Positions 38,830-52,200 of a stretch of 64,000 nucleotides of DNA are shown piece after piece. The stretch is taken from contig NW_024704742.1 in the NCBI RefSeq assembly GCF_018977255.1, positions 112,346,001 to 112,410,000 of the forward strand, in the 5' to 3' direction. The position numbers were made by a program, and so were the translations under genes. Positions within the stretch are counted from its first letter, which is position 1, and each line of letters begins with the position of its first letter. Source of the DNA: Callorhinchus milii. Lineage: Eukaryota. The notes beneath the pieces are model-generated. The model saw only the letters and a program-made list of their open reading frames with translations, did no database searches and had not been told where the DNA came from.

Positions 38830-38897
38830 CTGAAATAATATTGAACAACCGTGGATTGAGAATGGCTGGACAGATCAACCGCAAGAAAACAAATCCA
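38830..38897 (-). CDS. RASA1: RASA1 exon, copy 1 (GFVFLRLICPAILNPRLFNIIS), FLR motif
   Basis: Canonical RasGAP FLR..PA..P signature; 68 nt. Confidence 0.96.
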
Positions 38898-39482
38898 CTG
38901 GAGGAGGGGGGGGGGGAAAAAAAACACATGCATCTATCATGTACGCTATTCATAAAAATTCCTCAATCCCCTCAATATATGTAGCACTAACTGAAATGTA
39001 ATTTTCCAAAGTTCAATAATATAATAATATTGCACACTCAATTTTTGACAAAAGTGAAGAAAACCCTCTTAAGGTAGGCACTCTTTCTTCAAACTTGAGC
39101 ATCTCCAACATAGTAAGCAGGAAGAATTCCAATTAATTCTGCCCTTCCTGCACATATGTAAAGGATGCCGCTCCTAGGCATAATGTATTAATTGAAGTGA
39201 TATTTATATTTATTGTAATGCATGAAATAGTTATGGAAATGGTCACTATTTAAGACTCATCTTTTTGATCTTGTTTTCAATCATCTCTTCCCCCAGTCAG
39301 TGGAGTTGACCATTTTTCTTTTAGCAAGTGAAATACCCTGAGCCTAGGGTGGCCAGCTGAGTGCAGTGAAAAGATAAGCACAGTAAAAAGATCCATCATG
39401 CCTCACGGGATTTTATGGATCTGAACGGGTTATAATGGGGATCTACTATATAGAATGAAAATGGATTCACAAAATATTTTAC

Positions 39483-39569
39483 CTCACCACTCTAGTCCTC
39501 ATAGTAGGATTTTTCGGCCACTTCTGCTGAACAGATTTTTGTAAGCACCCATAAATATACCGCAAAGCC
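39483..39569 (-). CDS. RASA1: RASA1 exon, copy 1 (ALRYIYGCLQKSVQQKWPKNPTMRTRVV)
   Basis: 87 nt, AG/GT, frame-consistent. Confidence 0.94.
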
Positions 39570-40431
39570 CTGTTAAAAATACAATTAACATTAGAATAAT
39601 TCACAGGAACATTAATAGTCCAAAAAGGTATCAAGTCTTCTTAATAATCTAAAAGAGTTTGAGACGGTGTATCTCCTTGAAATTACACACTTCACACTGA
39701 AATTATACAAAATGTCCTAATGCATATACTCTGTAGATTATTAGCCAAAGATATCAGTCGATGGAGCAATGCACTTCCTTCTTTCCTTGCTGAGTAGATC
39801 AGCTAGAGCTGATCTTCTACACTGGATGTTGTTTCAGTGAAGATAAATATCAAGTGTGTCAATCAGCACAGATGAAGACTTAATAGAAAGTTATTCACTT
39901 TAACCACATATGGGTAACGACCAAAAGAATGCTCCCCAGTTAAGCATGCTTTATTTATTTAGTCTCCTGTGGATGATTACGAGCCACCTTTCCACTATTC
40001 TGGGTCATTAGGTTGCATTGCCTTTGCTTCCTACACATTGCTAAGGGCAGGAAACTTTGCTGATGTCACTGTCTGTACACTGCATATGCAGAAAATATCC
40101 TCGACATCACTTCAGAAAGAAAATGGTGTAAGCAGCGCTTCTTACACATAACATACAGGAAATGGCCTCAGTAATGCATTGTTTGCAATATTCAGGAAAT
40201 GGGTCAACAGTGATCTGATGACCTGGTAATGTGACTGAATGTCAACGCTTTTTGCAGAACCTTTAGAACATGGTTTCTAATTGTTTGGAATTATAACAGG
40301 GTTAAACTGTATTTTAGTTGACAGGAACATTTTACAGAGTTGAAATGCTTCTGTCAACCTCACTCTTACCCTGCACATTTAGAAGGTTAATTTATGCTCA
40401 ACACAAGATGTATATTACTTTCATAACTTAC

Positions 40432-40547
40432 TGAGGAAGTTCTTCTGCAGCCATAAAAATCTTCTCCACCAATTCTGACAGGAGAGCCAGTAGGTGTAAC
40501 AGATTAGCGTTCACATCTTCATTTTTCTCAAGTTTGGAAGGATTTAA
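40432..40547 (-). CDS. RASA1: RASA1 exon, copy 1 (LNPSKLEKNEDVNANL...EKIFMAAEELP)
   Basis: 116 nt, AG/GTAAG, frame-consistent. Confidence 0.94.
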
Positions 40548-41184
40548 CTGTAAATCAATCAGAGGTTCAATTGCATTCCTCTAATCTCCCTTAGCTTAGC
40601 ATACATTTAGATGTATATTAAAAGGATCTCCAAACGCAACCTTTTCATAATGCAAAGTACGAAATTATAGAAAATCATACCAAAATATTCTAACCATCAG
40701 AAAATATAGTTTGCTTTAATTTGATTAAACTCACTTCAGGAACAGTTCAGAGGAATTAATGCATGGTTATGAATTGATAGGAATGTTTTGCATTATACCG
40801 AATGTTTCACACCGGTTTATCTTCCTCCTTTACATGCATCTTTCTTCAACCTTCAGTTACATTCACGGTGGAACACCATCTCTAATCCATTACCTTTACT
40901 AGTTAAAATTAGGTTTTGCACAAACAGTGTGTAATGCATTATCAAAATCAAATGGAGACAGTTCTTTCATTTGGGATCTGTAATAATTTAGATTAAATCC
41001 AAGATAAATTCAGCTGTAATGTTTCTTCAATTTATCATTTATTAAATGATGGGAGAAGCCTAAAGCATTCTGAAATGCAGAGAGAAATCTGTATAATCAA
41101 TTCCAAATGATTTTCACTAAATGTTTAAATTCACTTGACCCTAGACAACTCTAAATCTTTATCATAGTGGAGCTTATACTTTAC

Positions 41185-41327
41185 CTCACACGACTGCTTG
41201 CTCTCCATTATCTTTAAGATGGTGTCTGTCAGAGCATGATGAATAAATGGTGTTGCAGTAGATTTCATGTACTGCTCCATAAGTGTGCTCGTCAAGGTTG
41301 TGGCTCGGAAGAGGGTGGTGGATTCAT
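41185..41327 (-). CDS. RASA1: RASA1 exon, copy 1 (ESTTLFRATTL...KQSCE), arginine finger
   Basis: TTLFRAT catalytic-arginine motif; 143 nt; ORF track 41131..41346. Confidence 0.96.
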
Positions 41328-42058
41328 CTGAAGAGGTCATAAACAACTTGCAATAAAGTAACTGTAAAGTAACTCATAAAGTAACTGCTACATAGATAAC
41401 TTCTTAGAGCATTTCCAAAGGATGGGATTGTGAGGGAGTAAGCTACCCACCACCTGATTCAGTGTATAGAGCAAGCCATCCTCATGAAATCCACCATTAT
41501 TTAAAACAGATGAATGCAGCAAAAGAAGCATTTACTTTCAGTTTACCAAAAATCACAAGGTATATATAGCCTCTCTATAATCCTTGCATATTCTTCAGTA
41601 ATAGTAGGCAAAAACAACAATAAATTGCATGTATATAGTGCCTTTCATGTCGGGAAAACGTTTTAAGTTGCTAGACAGTGAAGGGTTTGAAGCTCAAGTT
41701 TTCCATAATTATTCTATCATTATCTAATAATGCATTCACTTGCAACACAGGTTCACTAATGTTGATTAACTCAGGAGCTAGAGGACTGGAACCACTGCAC
41801 CATAAAGGATATATTCCTACAGATGTATATTTTGATGCAAAATACTTGCATGTTTAGGAACTTAATTATTTGTCTTTTACAGCCCCAAATTTGGCAACTT
41901 ATTGAAAAAGCATGCCACAACGCTCTTTCACAGGCTTCCCTGTGCAGTACATACTATGTAACAGAGCTCAAAAATAATAAAATTATGTTTTGAATGATGT
42001 AATACTTTAAAATTTTATTTTCTTAACACAATTTCTTGGCTTGCAAAAAATGTGGCCT

Positions 42059-42362
42059 ATAATAATAATCCTTGCATTTGATATAGCACTTTCCACGTCT
42101 TCTGGATATCAGCGTTTCATAGAATACTGTAAAGTGAATTGACTGCATATTTGTGGGCAAAATGCAGCAGCCAATTGCGCACAGCAGTGTCCCACAAACA
42201 GTCGTGGATTGAAGTGACCAATTTATTATTTTTTTTCTTGAGGGATTATTATTAGGTGTGTGGAGTAAGGAAACTTGCCTAAGGTTTCGCTCTGCCGGGA
42301 ATCGAACCCAGGTCTCTTGCTTGAGAGGCGAGTGCTCTAACCACTGAGCTATAGGACTCCAC
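42059..42362 (-). mobile_element. tRNA-derived SINE, full length (duplicated at 56585-56888)
   Basis: Head gtggagtcctatagctcagtggttagagcac..ggttcgattccc, core, (ATT)n tail. Confidence 0.88.
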
Positions 42363-42465
42363 ATTCTATGCATTCAAAGTCTCTTAAAAAGCTTTCAAGT
42401 TTCCAATTAGCTCAAATGAGTTCCTAATCTTATTAACGAGTGAGTGTTTGGTACAACAAACCCAC

Positions 42466-42625
42466 CTTCCATGTTAATTTCCTTGTCATTTAGTGTTCGT
42501 AGTAACAGTGACTCAAGATTCTCATGACGAAAAATTCTCAGTAAAATTCTGGCCAGTAATGTGCGATCCTGGCCACATACTTGGGATAATGCAAGTATCG
42601 CATGAAACTCTTTTTGAAGGATAAG
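42466..42625 (-). CDS. RASA1: RASA1 exon, copy 1 (LILQKEFHAILALSQVCGQDRTLLA...EINME)
   Basis: 160 nt, CGQDRTLLA motif, AG/GT. Confidence 0.94.
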
Positions 42626-43377
42626 CTGAAAGAAATGTATTAATCAAGCAGTTAAAAATTCTATTACAAAACAGTTTACTTTATAGACAATATCCCTATT
42701 TCAACAGGAATATATTCTGTAGATTATGTTCTGGTCCAATAATTTGCTGATTATATTCAGTGAAATCAACCAGACTCCAAGATCAGTGTGCCCAACATCC
42801 CAGTTCAGCAATTCTTCCTTCCTGTAACACGTCACATTAAATTCTCCTTACGTTTAACCTCAACAACCTTAGTCTCCTACTTGGCTGTTTAAACTAATGC
42901 AAACTTCAGGAATAGTATTGTGTTTTCTTAGGAACTCTCAAGCCTTTGGGCTTCAACAATCAATAAGGATCTTTGCCATCCCAGCCTTCTGATTGAAAAC
43001 AATTCAATTTGTTCATGTCCAATTTAGCTCCCTTGATGTTATTTTTCAAAACTTATTTTTGTCCATTATATTGGGGCTTCTCCTAGTGCATACTTCTTTG
43101 TTCAAAAACATTTGAAAGAGAAAGATCACAAGTCAGTTCACTGTCCCAGAGCTGAAGTATACAAAATGGAGTGGTGAAAGTTCAGCAATTCCCTAAAGAT
43201 GAGTAATTTATTTCAACAGCATGTAAAAGATAAAATAATTTAGAAGCAGGAAAAGTATATTAAGCCTAAACAAACCCATTTTATTTCAACTCCACCCACC
43301 TATTTCTTACCATATTGCTTTTTCTGGATCCAGATTTACATTTTGATGGTTTTATTTTGGTAGTTTATTCCACAAGA

Positions 43378-43702
43378 TAATAATAATAATAATAATCCTT
43401 GGATTTGATATAGCGCTTCTCACGTCGGGAGGACGTCCCAAAGTGCTTCACAGAACACGCTGTAAAGTGAATTAACTGTATATTTGTGGGCGAACGCGGC
43501 AGCCAATTGCGCACAACAATGTCCCACAAACAGTCGTAGATTGAAAATGACCAATTTATTATTGTTTTTGGTTTTTGGAGGGATTATTATTATTAGGCGT
43601 GTGGAGTAAGGAAACTTGCCCAAGGTTTCGCCCTGCCTGGAAATGAGCTCAGGTCTCTCACTTGCAAAGCGAGTGCTCTAACCACTGAGCTACAGGACTC
43701 CA
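43378..43702 (-). mobile_element. tRNA-derived SINE, full length (duplicated at 57904-58228)
   Basis: tRNA head, core, tail matching the L2 3' end. Confidence 0.88.
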
Positions 43703-44166
43703 CCGGACTCTTGGTTCCTTGGTATCCTACCGTTCTTAATCCTACTTTTCTCAATATCTAACATGTGTCCCTGGTTCTCTTAGAACCATTTGCGATTTGC
43801 TTGCACCAGCTTTATTAATTCACTGAATAATATTTACCCAGAGTAAAATAAAATCTGTTTTCGACCTAATCTGTTTTCCACGTATCTGTTTTGGACCCAG
43901 CTCATTTTCTTGAACCTCATTGTAGTGCGATTTCCCATGTCTCAGTAATCAATTCTAAGTGTACCGCGAAAAACTTATAGGTTGTCAGATCACAGATGTA
44001 AACTACTGCACATGTCTGCTATGTGCAGAAAGCAGCTGTGACACCAGCAGTTGTATGCAGTTTAGTCAACTTTTTCCATCAAATGTTGAGATTTTTACCT
44101 ACAGGTTAGAACATTTAACATGACGTGGCTTTGACTGGAAAAATAGTGCTGTGAACAAAGCAATAC

Positions 44167-44339
44167 CTCTTTGAACTCACTGTACTCGTCTTCCGACATG
44201 ATTTTTTCCAATGAGTATCGTGCCCTGACACGCACAGAACCAGGCTCAATTCCTTTCAGAGGAATATGTGAACTGAGAGGGAACCATTCATCAATCAGCT
44301 GTCCCTTCTGTAACCGACTCAACTGACAACGCATGAACA
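44167..44339 (-). CDS. RASA1: RASA1 exon, copy 1 (FMRCQLSRLQKG...EYSEFKE), end of C2 domain
   Basis: 173 nt; ORF track 44095..44340. Confidence 0.94.
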
Positions 44340-45069
44340 CTGAAAAAAGGAAGGTGAATTCACCCTGTTCAGGTTTTTAATTTTCACTAAACAAAACAAT
44401 AAAGTAAACAATTCCTTGCATGATATAGCCCCTATCATCAGAAGGGGCATTTCCCATCTCTTTTTGAACAGCACCATGGGATCTGTAACATTCACCCAAA
44501 CAAACTGATGTAACCTTGGTTTAACTTCTCATCCGTAGGATGGCACCTCCATCAATGCAGCACACCTCGGCACTGCATTGGAGTGTCAGTATAGACTATA
44601 AGTTCCAAGTCCCAAAGTGGAATTAAACCCACAAAATTCTGACTTAGAGGAGAGTGTTATCAACCGAGTCAGACTGATCCACCAATATATCAATCGTTAA
44701 AAAAGTTCTGATGGACTATCACAACCAAATAACAGTTTAACTTTGCGTTTTCGATACTAATTGAACAGTGCTGTTTTAAATTTCATGATGTAACTTCAGT
44801 TATTTATATCTAGTTATGCATCCTAATGTTGCAAGGTGGATGTTCAAAAAAACAGAAACAGAAATGAAGAATGCTATACTTTGATGTGATCCTCCTAATA
44901 AGCATTTCAGTTATAACAGTACCTCAAATTTAAGGCTGCTAGACATTGGAATTGTAGTTTTACATTTGAGAGTATCATTACAGCATAAAAGAAAACAAAA
45001 TTTTTTATCAAGCAAAAACAGCAAATTAAGTGAAATGCAAAATCTCTTCCAACAATCAGATGTACTTAC

Positions 45070-45146
45070 AGATATCGGGATCTTTGCTTTTCTTTGTTCT
45101 GTTACTGAGACTTATCTCAAATCTGTTTATATCTGATGAGAGATCA
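45070..45146 (-). CDS. RASA1: RASA1 exon, copy 1 (DLSSDINRFEISLSNRTKKSKDPDI), C2 domain
   Basis: 77 nt; TAG/GTAAG. Confidence 0.92.
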
Positions 45147-45607
45147 CTAGGGAAATGAAGGCATGAATTATATAAAGGACACTGCAGTGACATACTATAA
45201 TAATGGTCACTAAGAAAAACAGAAATGCTTACACCATTTGTAAAATCTATTGCTGGCCCATTTATTCTGAAACTCATCTACCAATAGCATCCTCAATTTG
45301 GCAGCATTGTTGCCTCTGAAGCAGAGTGACCCACCTCAAAAGATAATATCCTTAGAACCAATCCTATACCACAAAGTTGTAAAATGGGTGTAGTAGATTT
45401 AGAAATCACCCATTGGCTTCTATGAAGATGGTTTTAGCAACATCTGAGAATAATCAATTGGGGTCAAATGAATATATTGTATAATGCAGAAACAAGAGAA
45501 ACAAATTATGCCAAACACTGCAACACACTAAAGGCAGAAAACTAAAAAACAGTACACTGTACTGTAGAGAATTCTGTACTAACATCATCTACTCCAAAAG
45601 GGTAACT

Positions 45608-45637
45608 NNNNNNNNNNNNNNNNNNNNNNNNNNNNNN
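45608..45637. other. Assembly gap (30 N)
   Basis: Run of N in the sequence. Confidence 1.
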
Positions 45638-46966
45638 CCCGGCGGACAATCTATGCTTTAAAGACTCTACTAAATCCAAAGCGATTATATGACTAGCGCT
45701 AGTGCCGCCATGAAGCAATGAACCTTACAAATGGGCATTACGTGCAACACTGAGCTACTTTTCCCAATGAGCCTCATCAAAATCCACCCTTGCAGCAGCC
45801 TTTAATCATACAACGAGACATCAATTTACAGATCTGCTTTTACCTAATTGTTTGCAGCTTGAGTAGCTCCCAACAAAAAGCTAGGGTACTATTCAATGTG
45901 AAACCATTGAGCAACATTTGATTTTCTCCCTCCAACATATCCCAGACAAGAATAAATCACAATATTTTAGAAAATATATCCTTGTAACACTTAAGAGTTC
46001 TTTCTATTTCTTAGGCAATGTGATTGTTTCCATTTCTTTGCAAAGTTTTACAATATTTGGATCTGAAATCCATAACTGATGCACATTTCACTTTAAAATA
46101 AAAAATTTAAATAACTGGTTACTTTATAAAATGGTTTAATAAGTGCATGCATTTCCAATACAATAATCAATAAATTTATTGAACTATTCCATGTGTTTAC
46201 AGTTGTAAACATTACTTACAAAGCTTTTGATTTTGTGACTAAGAACTTGTCACACTATTGTCCTTTTATGGAAGACAGCCAGCCAATCATACAGTATAAT
46301 TAAACTGAATCAAAAAAATCAGTGGCACAACAAAACAAATGCTGTGATATTTCTACTCATCCATTCTTTTGTCACTCAATGAATGTCTGTTGCAGAAGAA
46401 TTTTTCTAGGAGTACAAAATAACCAGTTTTTAGTTAGGAATTCCTCAACTTAATGATGAACCTGCATTTAAAGCATTCGTCCAATAAACTGTATAACCTT
46501 GAGATTAAAGATGTAAGCAATCTTAACCATTGGAGTAGTCAGTCACAAATTATAGTATAAAATGCTGTCGAGACCATAGTCCAGTTTTAACAAATTCAAT
46601 GCATTCTTCATTTCATCAGTTGACTGGCATTTCATACTACATCTTGGAAAACCACCCTGGGAACTTTGGCAACTTGAAATATTAAAACATCTCCAAGGCC
46701 CACGGATATCCACCTAAATTTGTGAAAGGTGGCTTGTTCACCAAGGCTCAGTGGCGAGTGATTGGTTCAGAGCAGAAAGTGCAAGTGGTGACCTGCACAA
46801 ATAGCTTACAAAGTTACTGGTGAAAACATCAACCAGAATTTTTTGCATAGTTCGCACAGCAGAAGGAATGTTGTACATGGGTGTCAATTCAAGAGTAGCA
46901 GGGAAAAGTGGGATTGCTGTGAGTTGTCCAAAGACAATGGTAGTGCGTGCAGAATTCTGTAAACCT

Positions 46967-47050
46967 TTAGGCTGCTTGCTTAACCTGCTTCATTGAATAC
47001 TGTTTCTGCTGCAACAGTTCTGTAATGGCCAGAAGTTTCTTCAGGACATG
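46967..47050 (-). pseudogene. RASA1: RASA1 terminal exon, copy 2, garbled 3' end (HVLKKLLAITELLQQKQYSMKQVKQAA*)
   Basis: Several deletions relative to copy 1 remove the TAG stop; reads on to TAA at 46967-46969. Confidence 0.7.
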
Positions 47051-47548
47051 CTGAAAAAAAGTTAAAACACTGGCTTCAGGTACAATAAATAATACATTCA
47101 GAAGAAAGTTTTAACTGATGCTATACAATAGTCCATTTACTGGAGATAGTCTGTCATTTGTTCAAATATCAACTATCAACATTCAAGTAAAACTTTTTTC
47201 CAATCTCAAATAGTTGGATGGTGGAAAAGAGCAACTGGGTACATGCAATTCCAGTCTTTAGTCCAGGATGCTCTAAGAATCTAATTCATTCACTCTCTAG
47301 TCACCATTGCTAACAATAACTTGTCCAGCTTAATTTAGATGGGGGGCATGGGGAACATGCTTCACTGTGAAGTCTAGAATTTTTCGTCGTAATGCAGCAT
47401 TCTGACAAGAAGTATTGGAATAGTACTTAAATGACTTGATGAATGCACCAACTAGCACTGCCCTGAAGCCGTAGATTTATATTCTACAATAACAACTTGC
47501 ATTTATACAGCATCCTTCACACAGGATAGCGTCTCGGATTCTAGTCAC

Positions 47549-47683
47549 CTGCTGGACTCCCCGTTCGTTGCTTTGGGTGCGAAGTTCATCAGAATGTGCT
47601 GAACATACTTCATGCAAGGCTGCCAGGTCACGAGACAAGTCAGGCCTAAAGTGCTCTGTTGTGCAAGGGAGGTCAGGAATATT
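47549..47683 (-). CDS. RASA1: RASA1 penultimate exon, copy 2
   Basis: Matches 32983-33117. Confidence 0.75.
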
Positions 47684-48522
47684 CTGAAAAGGAAATTTTA
47701 CCCTTATATTAAAAACAGCTGATTGTGTGCAAGTAGAAATTTGAAAGTAGAACTGGAATCCAAGATGGAACTAAGTAGATCATTCTTATAACTCAGGTAA
47801 CCAAAAATAACTGAAAAAGTGATTCCCAAGAGTCTTAATACTAGTGGCATTTGGACACTCACAATTCATTTTCAGGACCACATAAAATGCAATGACTGCT
47901 CGTCTACTAAAGACAGCACCACAGTCACATAATTTGTGTGTGAACTGAAAGGTGTGAAACAAACAGTAAAATGAAAAAAAAACTTAAAACACCTTTGTGG
48001 AATAGCATCGAGCAAGAGATGAAGTTATGATGAAGTAGTGGGGTAAGGCACATTACACACCCTAAGGGGAAATGGAGAGGAGGAACAGAAAAAGTAAAAA
48101 TGCTTTTATTCAGCACATTATGAACTCAAGTTCATATGGCTGCAATATTGCAACAGACTGCTGGAATCTTTATGTCTACCCATGCCAGTTTGTTGAAAAT
48201 GGAAATGATTGTCTCCATTTTGCCACAGTTGCAAATAATATACAAATAAACTTCTAAAACAGTAATTCAACTACATATTGTGCCATAATTTTAAATTATT
48301 TCAGTGTTTACATATTTATGCATTCTTGCTATTAAATACAAATACCTAATGCTAAATATGAGGTAGACAATCATTAACAGTGCGAGACCCTTGCATTTAA
48401 TATATCAGAAGAGATTGGCATAATATCTAACAAGACTTCAATACACATCTGTTTTGGTGCAGAAATGTCCTACTATATTAAAGAGATTTCTTGAGAAACT
48501 GTTCAATACTGAACAAACTTAC

Positions 48523-48600
48523 CCCTAATTCATCTAAAAACATAATCATTCGATGCTTGTTGTTCTTGATGAATGGATTTACGCCTTCCATGTAGGGTTC
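48523..48600 (-). CDS. RASA1: RASA1 EPYM exon, copy 2
   Basis: Matches 33958-34035. Confidence 0.75.
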
Positions 48601-49125
48601 CTGTGACAGAAAAATTACAATGTATGATCTGTATTTGTATTTTCTGTATCAGAATTATTGATTGTTCTATTCAAACTCCACATATTTAACTGTCCTGCTA
48701 ACCTTCTGCTTCTGACAATTTAAAGAGCTACAAGTCAAGAAAAAAATATTCACTACAAACTTGAACACACAGTCCACAGAATTATCAACACAAGAATGCA
48801 TTAATCATGAAGTCAAAACTCAATGTCACGGAGTTCAAATGTAATTTCACAAGAGCCAGAGTGGAGCAAGAGACCTGTGGAAGAGCATCATAAAACATTT
48901 TTTTGAAGAAGGGAAGCTCTTTTCCTACCTTATTGAAATGTATCCAACATTTCATTTAATTTCAGCAACCATTCAATAATAATCTTGCACTGTATACATC
49001 ACAATCTTATTTACTCATCAGCTATGTCTATTCTGACAAGGTGCTATCAAAGATATAAAACTGAACCAAATAGGTTCAGACAAACTTAATTGTACATTGA
49101 CAACAGCATAAATATTTGCTGTTAC

Positions 49126-49212
49126 CTTGGCTCCAATTCACCCAAGTTTGCTAAGTTTGAAGTGACTTAGCAACAAGTGTAAGAGTCCTTGCAGCTGTGG
49201 AAGAGGGGGGAT
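49126..49212 (-). pseudogene. RASA1: RASA1 AKSLQNLAN exon, copy 2, frameshifted (87 vs 89 nt)
   Basis: Homopolymer losses (taagtttga vs taagttttga; ccaattcaccc vs ccaaattccacc), probably consensus errors. Confidence 0.75.
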
Positions 49213-52200
49213 CTGTAAGGTAGGAAATAAAAAAAAATTGTCAATCATCACACTTCAATATAATACTGTTGAGTGGCACAGTACAACCCTGTTATAGGCT
49301 GCAGTTGGGTTCCATAAAATTCCAACCTGCCTTATAACAGGGTGCTGCATTGATCAATGCAACGCAGAAAGTGGTTGGCTTCTTGCATGAAAAAAAAACT
49401 TTGGGGCCATCGGGTCACCATCTACGTCACTTTCTGCAGACTTTGTATGTGCAGGAAGCTTCCTGCACGTAATTCCTATATATGGTCAGAAGGCAGATAA
49501 TGAGCAGGAACTTGGCAACCCACAAGTCAAGACATTTGTTTACCATGCAGGTCCACAGCATACCTTCCTTGTAAGCATATTCTTATGACACTGGTTTGTT
49601 TATAACAGGGTTCCACCATATTCCGTGGAATTGTTTATGTTCCATGTTGGACAGATTTAAACAATAAGCCACAAGGAAGTAGAATACAGCACATTACTTA
49701 AAACACAGTAACGATGGCAGATTGACAGTTTCAATACGCTGATACAAAAGCTACCTACTTTCTTTAAAAAAGGGTATTCCAATGGTCTTTCCCTGCCCTG
49801 TTGTAGTCTTCTGAATAGGATTTAATACTCAAAAGAAAATCAACTTAGCATGGTAAGTAATGCAATACAGCCTTACTGTCAATTTCTTATAGGCAAAACA
49901 AAACAAAATAAAAATTTTGCTAACGGCATTTTGTTCTGTGTATGTTTCTTTGAACAAAAAGTTCTTTCCTTTCCTCCCCAATTCATTTCTTGCTAGAGAC
50001 ACTTCATGTACTTAAGTACATGCAGGCAAGTAAATGATTTCCAGACCACCATTGCTACTGCAGATAATATGCAACAGAGGGCAGTCACCAGTATTCCTTG
50101 CCTGCAACAGGTGCAGTTCCCTAAACCAGAACATAAGAATTAGGAGCATGAGTAGGCCTTCGGCCCTCCAGCCTGCCCCGCCATTCAATAAGATCATGGC
50201 TGATCTATTCTAACTCCACCTACCCACCATCCCCCTTAATCCATTTATCCACAAGAGATCTATCAATCTCAGTCTTGAACATGTTCAAGGACTGAACATC
50301 TACAGCCCTTTGGGGTAGAGAATTCTATAAATTCACTAACCTCGGAGTGAAGAAGTTTTTCCTCAACTCAGTGCGAAAGGGCTTACCTGAATTTTAAGAC
50401 TGTGACCCTTGGTTATAGTTTTCCAACCAGGGGAAAAAGTCTCCACTATCTATTCTGTCGTATAGGTTTCTGTAAGATCACTTCTCATTCTTCTATATTC
50501 TAGAGAATATAGGCCAAATTGCTCAACCTATCCTCATAACTCATCCCCTCATCCATGGTACCAACTAGTAAATCTATGTTGTACCCCCTCCAAGGCGAAT
50601 ACATCCTTTCTTAAATAAGGAGACCAAAACTGCACACAATATTCTAGGTGCGGTCTCACCAGGGCCCTATACAGTTGCAAGACTTCCCTACTTTATATTC
50701 TAACCCTTTTGTAACAAATGCCAACATACCGGTAGCCTTCCTAATTACTTGCTGTACCTGTAAACTAACTTTTTGTGACTGGTGTACATGGACACCAAGT
50801 CCCTTTGAACGCTAACACTATCTAGTCTCTCCCCTTCTAAAAATAATCTGCTCTACTATTTTTGCCACTTCGGTGGATGACCTCACACTTCCCTACATTA
50901 TAATTCATCTGCCACCTATTTGCCCATTCACTTAACTATCTATATCTTGTTGCAATTTTTTTAATGTCATCCTCGGTGTTTACTCTCCCTCCTAGTTTAG
51001 TGTCATCCGCGTATTTGGATATATTAAGTTCGATGTCCTCATCTAGATCGTTTGATGTAGATTGTAAATAGTTTAGGCCCAAGTACTGATTCTTGTCACA
51101 TCCCGCCAATCTGAGAAGGACCTGTTTATCCCTACTCTTTGTTTTCTTCCCGTTAGCCATTCTTCAATCCCTGCTAATATATACCCCTTAATTCCATGGG
51201 CCCTAATCTTGTGGACCAACCTTTTATGCAGCACGTTATTGAATGCCTTTTGGAAATCTACGCTAAATCCACTGATTCTCCCCATCTAATCTACTTGATA
51301 TGTCCTCAAAAAAAAACTCTAAAAGATTTGTTAAGCATGACTTCCCTGTTGTAAAGCCATGTTGACTCTGTCTAATCGTATTGTGATCCTCTAAGTAACC
51401 CACTACGACATCCTTAATTAAGGATTCTAGAATTTTCCCTACCACCGATGTCAGACTAACTGGTCTATAGTTCCCCATCTTTTCTCTCCCACTTTTCTTA
51501 AATAGTGTTGTGACATTTGCAATCTTCCAATCAATGGGAACTGTACCAGAATCCAAAGAATTTTGGAAGATCAGACACAAGGCTTCCACTATCGCATGAG
51601 CTACCACTTTTAAAACCCTAAGATGCAGACCATCAGGTCCAGGGAACTTGTCACTTTTTAATAACATAAATGTAGGAACAGGAGTAGGCCATTCGGCCCT
51701 TCGACCCTGCCCCGCCATTCAATCATGGCTGATCTTCTAATCTAACTCCAGCTAATAACCCTGCCTTATCCCCATGTCCCTTAATCCCTTTTGCAATAAG
51801 AAATCTATCTATCTCAGTCTTGAATATGTTCAAGGACTGAGCGTCAACAGCCCTTTGGGGTAGTGAGTTCCATACATTCATCACGGTTTGAGTGAAGAAT
51901 TCTTCCTCAACTCAGTGCGAATGGGCTGGCCTCTGATTTTAAGGTTGTGACCCCTGGTTTTAGTTTCTCCAACCAGGGGAAACAATCTCCCACTATCTAC
52001 TCTATCACACCCTTTGATGATCTTATAGGTTTCTATAAGATCCCCTCTAATTCTTCTACATTCTAGAGAATATAGGCCCAAATTGGTCAGCCTATCCTCA
52101 TAACTCATCCCCTTTATCCCTGGTACTAACCTAGTAAATCTATGCTGCACCCCCTCCAAGGCAAGTACATCCTTCCTTAAATAAGGAGACCAAAACTGCA

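Noticed and set aside
41352..41390. Short tandem repeat taaagtaact x3
   Set aside because: Ordinary slippage repeat; no spacers, not CRISPR-like
42290..42362. tRNA-like sequence (also at ~9400-9472 and ~43630-43702)
   Set aside because: SINE heads continuous with SINE body and tail; not stand-alone tRNA genes
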